From Octopus sinensis (lineage: Eukaryota): a stretch of 64,000 nucleotides of DNA. The notes beneath the pieces are model-generated. The model had not been told where the DNA came from. It made no database searches and saw nothing but the letters and a program-made list of their open reading frames with translations. Where the stretch lies: contig NC_043001.1 in NCBI RefSeq assembly GCF_006345805.1, forward strand, positions 29,450,001 to 29,514,000, given 5' to 3'. The first letter of the stretch is position 1. Each line of letters begins with the position of its first letter. The translations under genes and the position numbers were made by a program. Below, piece after piece: positions 1 to 64,000 of the stretch.

Positions 1-33
1 CCTCTCTATACATTAGAAAATGAAATTACTTAC

Positions 34-61808
<61,775 letters not shown>

Positions 61809-62508
61809 CTAAAAATAGAAGAAATAAAAGGATACGTATATAAAATACAAAAAAAAAATCTTTTTTATGGCTTAATATTAGAAAGCTAGTCTTTTATAGG
61901 GCCTTTAAGATTGGTGGAGGAAAAAGGGGAAGAAACAACAATCCTCAAATTAGAAAATAGGTCCAAATTCTTGCAACACAGCAAACTCTGCAAAAGCACC
62001 CAAGAATCATATGGTTGGTAAACTGACCATATCAGGCTCAAATACTCTACCTGTTTTAAGTTTAAATCAGCCAGACATGGCTTCTCAGTCTTCCCTACGA
62101 TGCCATTTTAAAAATAAGCAATTATATCATTGAAATCTCAAAGCTATGAGATAATGCATGATTAATTCAAAACGATGTTAATGAATATACATTGCATAAA
62201 ACAGAGTAATATGAGTGCTCAAGGGCCAAGTAAGATTAGAAAGTGCTGAGATGATTAGTCTTTGTTCTTGAAGGAGAAATACTCTCTCTTTTTCTTTTAC
62301 TCTTTTACTTGTTTCAGTCATTTGACTGCGGCTATGCTGGAGCACCGCCTTTAGTCGAGCAACTCGACCCCGGGACTTATTCTTTTTTGTAAGCCCAGTA
62401 CTTATTCTATTGGTCTCTTTTTGCCGAACCGCTAAGTGATGGGGACGTAAACACACCAGCATCAGTTGTCAAGCAATGCTAGGAGAACAAACACAGACAC
62501 ACAAACAC

Positions 62509-62594
<86 letters not shown>

Positions 62595-63510
62595 TACGAC
62601 AGGCTTCTTTCAGTTTCCGTCTACCAAATCCACTCACAAGGCATTGGTCGGCCTGGGGCTATAGCAGAAGACACTTGCCCAAGATGCCACACAGTGGGAC
62701 TGAACCCAGAACCATGTGGTTAGTTAGCAAGCTACTTACCACACAGCCACTCCTGTGCCTGATTGTTTTTCTTTTGTTATATTAATAATTCCTTTTAATA
62801 TATATCATATTGATTTTTATAAATCAAGTTCGACTGAGATTTTTAATTCACCGAAGCAGTTCAAGAAATAAAAGATATTTTTAAAAAGGCTGGTCATTGC
62901 AAGAAACAATTTAAGAAAGACTAACAGTTCAGTTGATTAACATTTAAATTTGATAATAAGTCAATTGAAATTGATATCCTAATTTTCACCACAAGAGAGA
63001 AAGTGATTTGCATTTCCTCAGATATAAAATTTTTTAAAGTTTCACGAGCTAAAAGAGGCCAATCCAAGAAATGTAACTCTAACAGGCTTAAAAGCCAGCT
63101 TTGTTCTTTTTTATTCTTGCAATTTATTTTCTATAGATGTATTCTATCAACTGTGAATTTAATTCCGATATTTTACAGCAACTCTGAGATCCATAAACCA
63201 AATCTGTTGTTTTCAAACCTCAAATAGCGAAGAGCCCAAGCCATACTTTTCTATTCAGCCACATCCAATGGTTGGTAATTTTCCCTCTGAAACACTTTCT
63301 TTCTTTTCTTTTCTTTTCTTTTACTTGTTTCAGTCATTTGACTGTGGCCATGCTGGAGCACCGCCTTTATAGTCTTTTATTCTTTGTAAGCCTAGTACTT
63401 ATTCTATCGGTCTCTTTTGCCGAACCGCTATGTTACGGGGACGTAAACACACCAGCATCGGTTGTCAAGCGATGCTGGGAGGACAAACACAGACACACAA
63501 ACATACACAC

Positions 63511-63554
<44 letters not shown>

Positions 63555-63749
63555 GATGGGCTTCTTCCAGTTTCCATCTACCAAATCCACTCACAAGGCT
63601 TTGGTCGGCCCGAGGCTATAGTAGAAGACACTTGCCCAAGGTGCCACACAGTGGCATGAAACTGTTCAGTGACATTAATTGGCTGTTATGAGACTATAAT
63701 GCTATACAAATAATGACGACAACAACACACATACAAAGATATATGTTTA

Positions 63750-63796
<47 letters not shown>

Positions 63797-64000
63797 GGAA
63801 AGACTATGGAAAAAGTTGCAAGATGCAATGAAAATTTTAGGAAAATAAAAAGATGAAATAAGTGGAAATTTTACTGGTGAGTGTGTTAAATAATAAGGCA
63901 CTAAAAGAGAATGACTCTCCCCAGACACAACAGTATAAAGGGAAAGTTTATGAAAATAAACATAAGACGAAAGCAGGTAGTGTACAAACAAACAGATGTA

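Noticed and set aside
61809-64000. Search for the next upstream short exon
   Set aside because: No cadherin-like segment with splice sites found; presumably beyond the window

Overview
This is an AT-rich, microsatellite- and SINE-laden eukaryotic window. The repeat landscape looks like an octopod cephalopod (inference, not verified). The whole 64 kb lies inside one large minus-strand gene. I read 29 short coding exons, each with AG...GT boundaries and phase 0-0, strictly alternating long (60-63 codons) and short (38-45 codons). They splice into about 1,499 aa of uninterrupted frame, roughly 14.5 tandem cadherin-like (EC) repeats; start, transmembrane segment and stop lie outside the window. 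The repeats are atypical in three ways: an ABAB two-domain (four-exon) super-repeat, no LDRE or complete DxNDN Ca2+ motif in any repeat, and a three-repeat stretch that also lacks DxD. Introns contain several SINE families, internally deleted mariner/Tc1 elements, MITEs, a non-autonomous Helitron nested in a fold-back element, CR1/RTE/Penelope fragments, local tandem and inverted duplications, and simple repeats. Most entries in the ORF track are repeat-derived noise.
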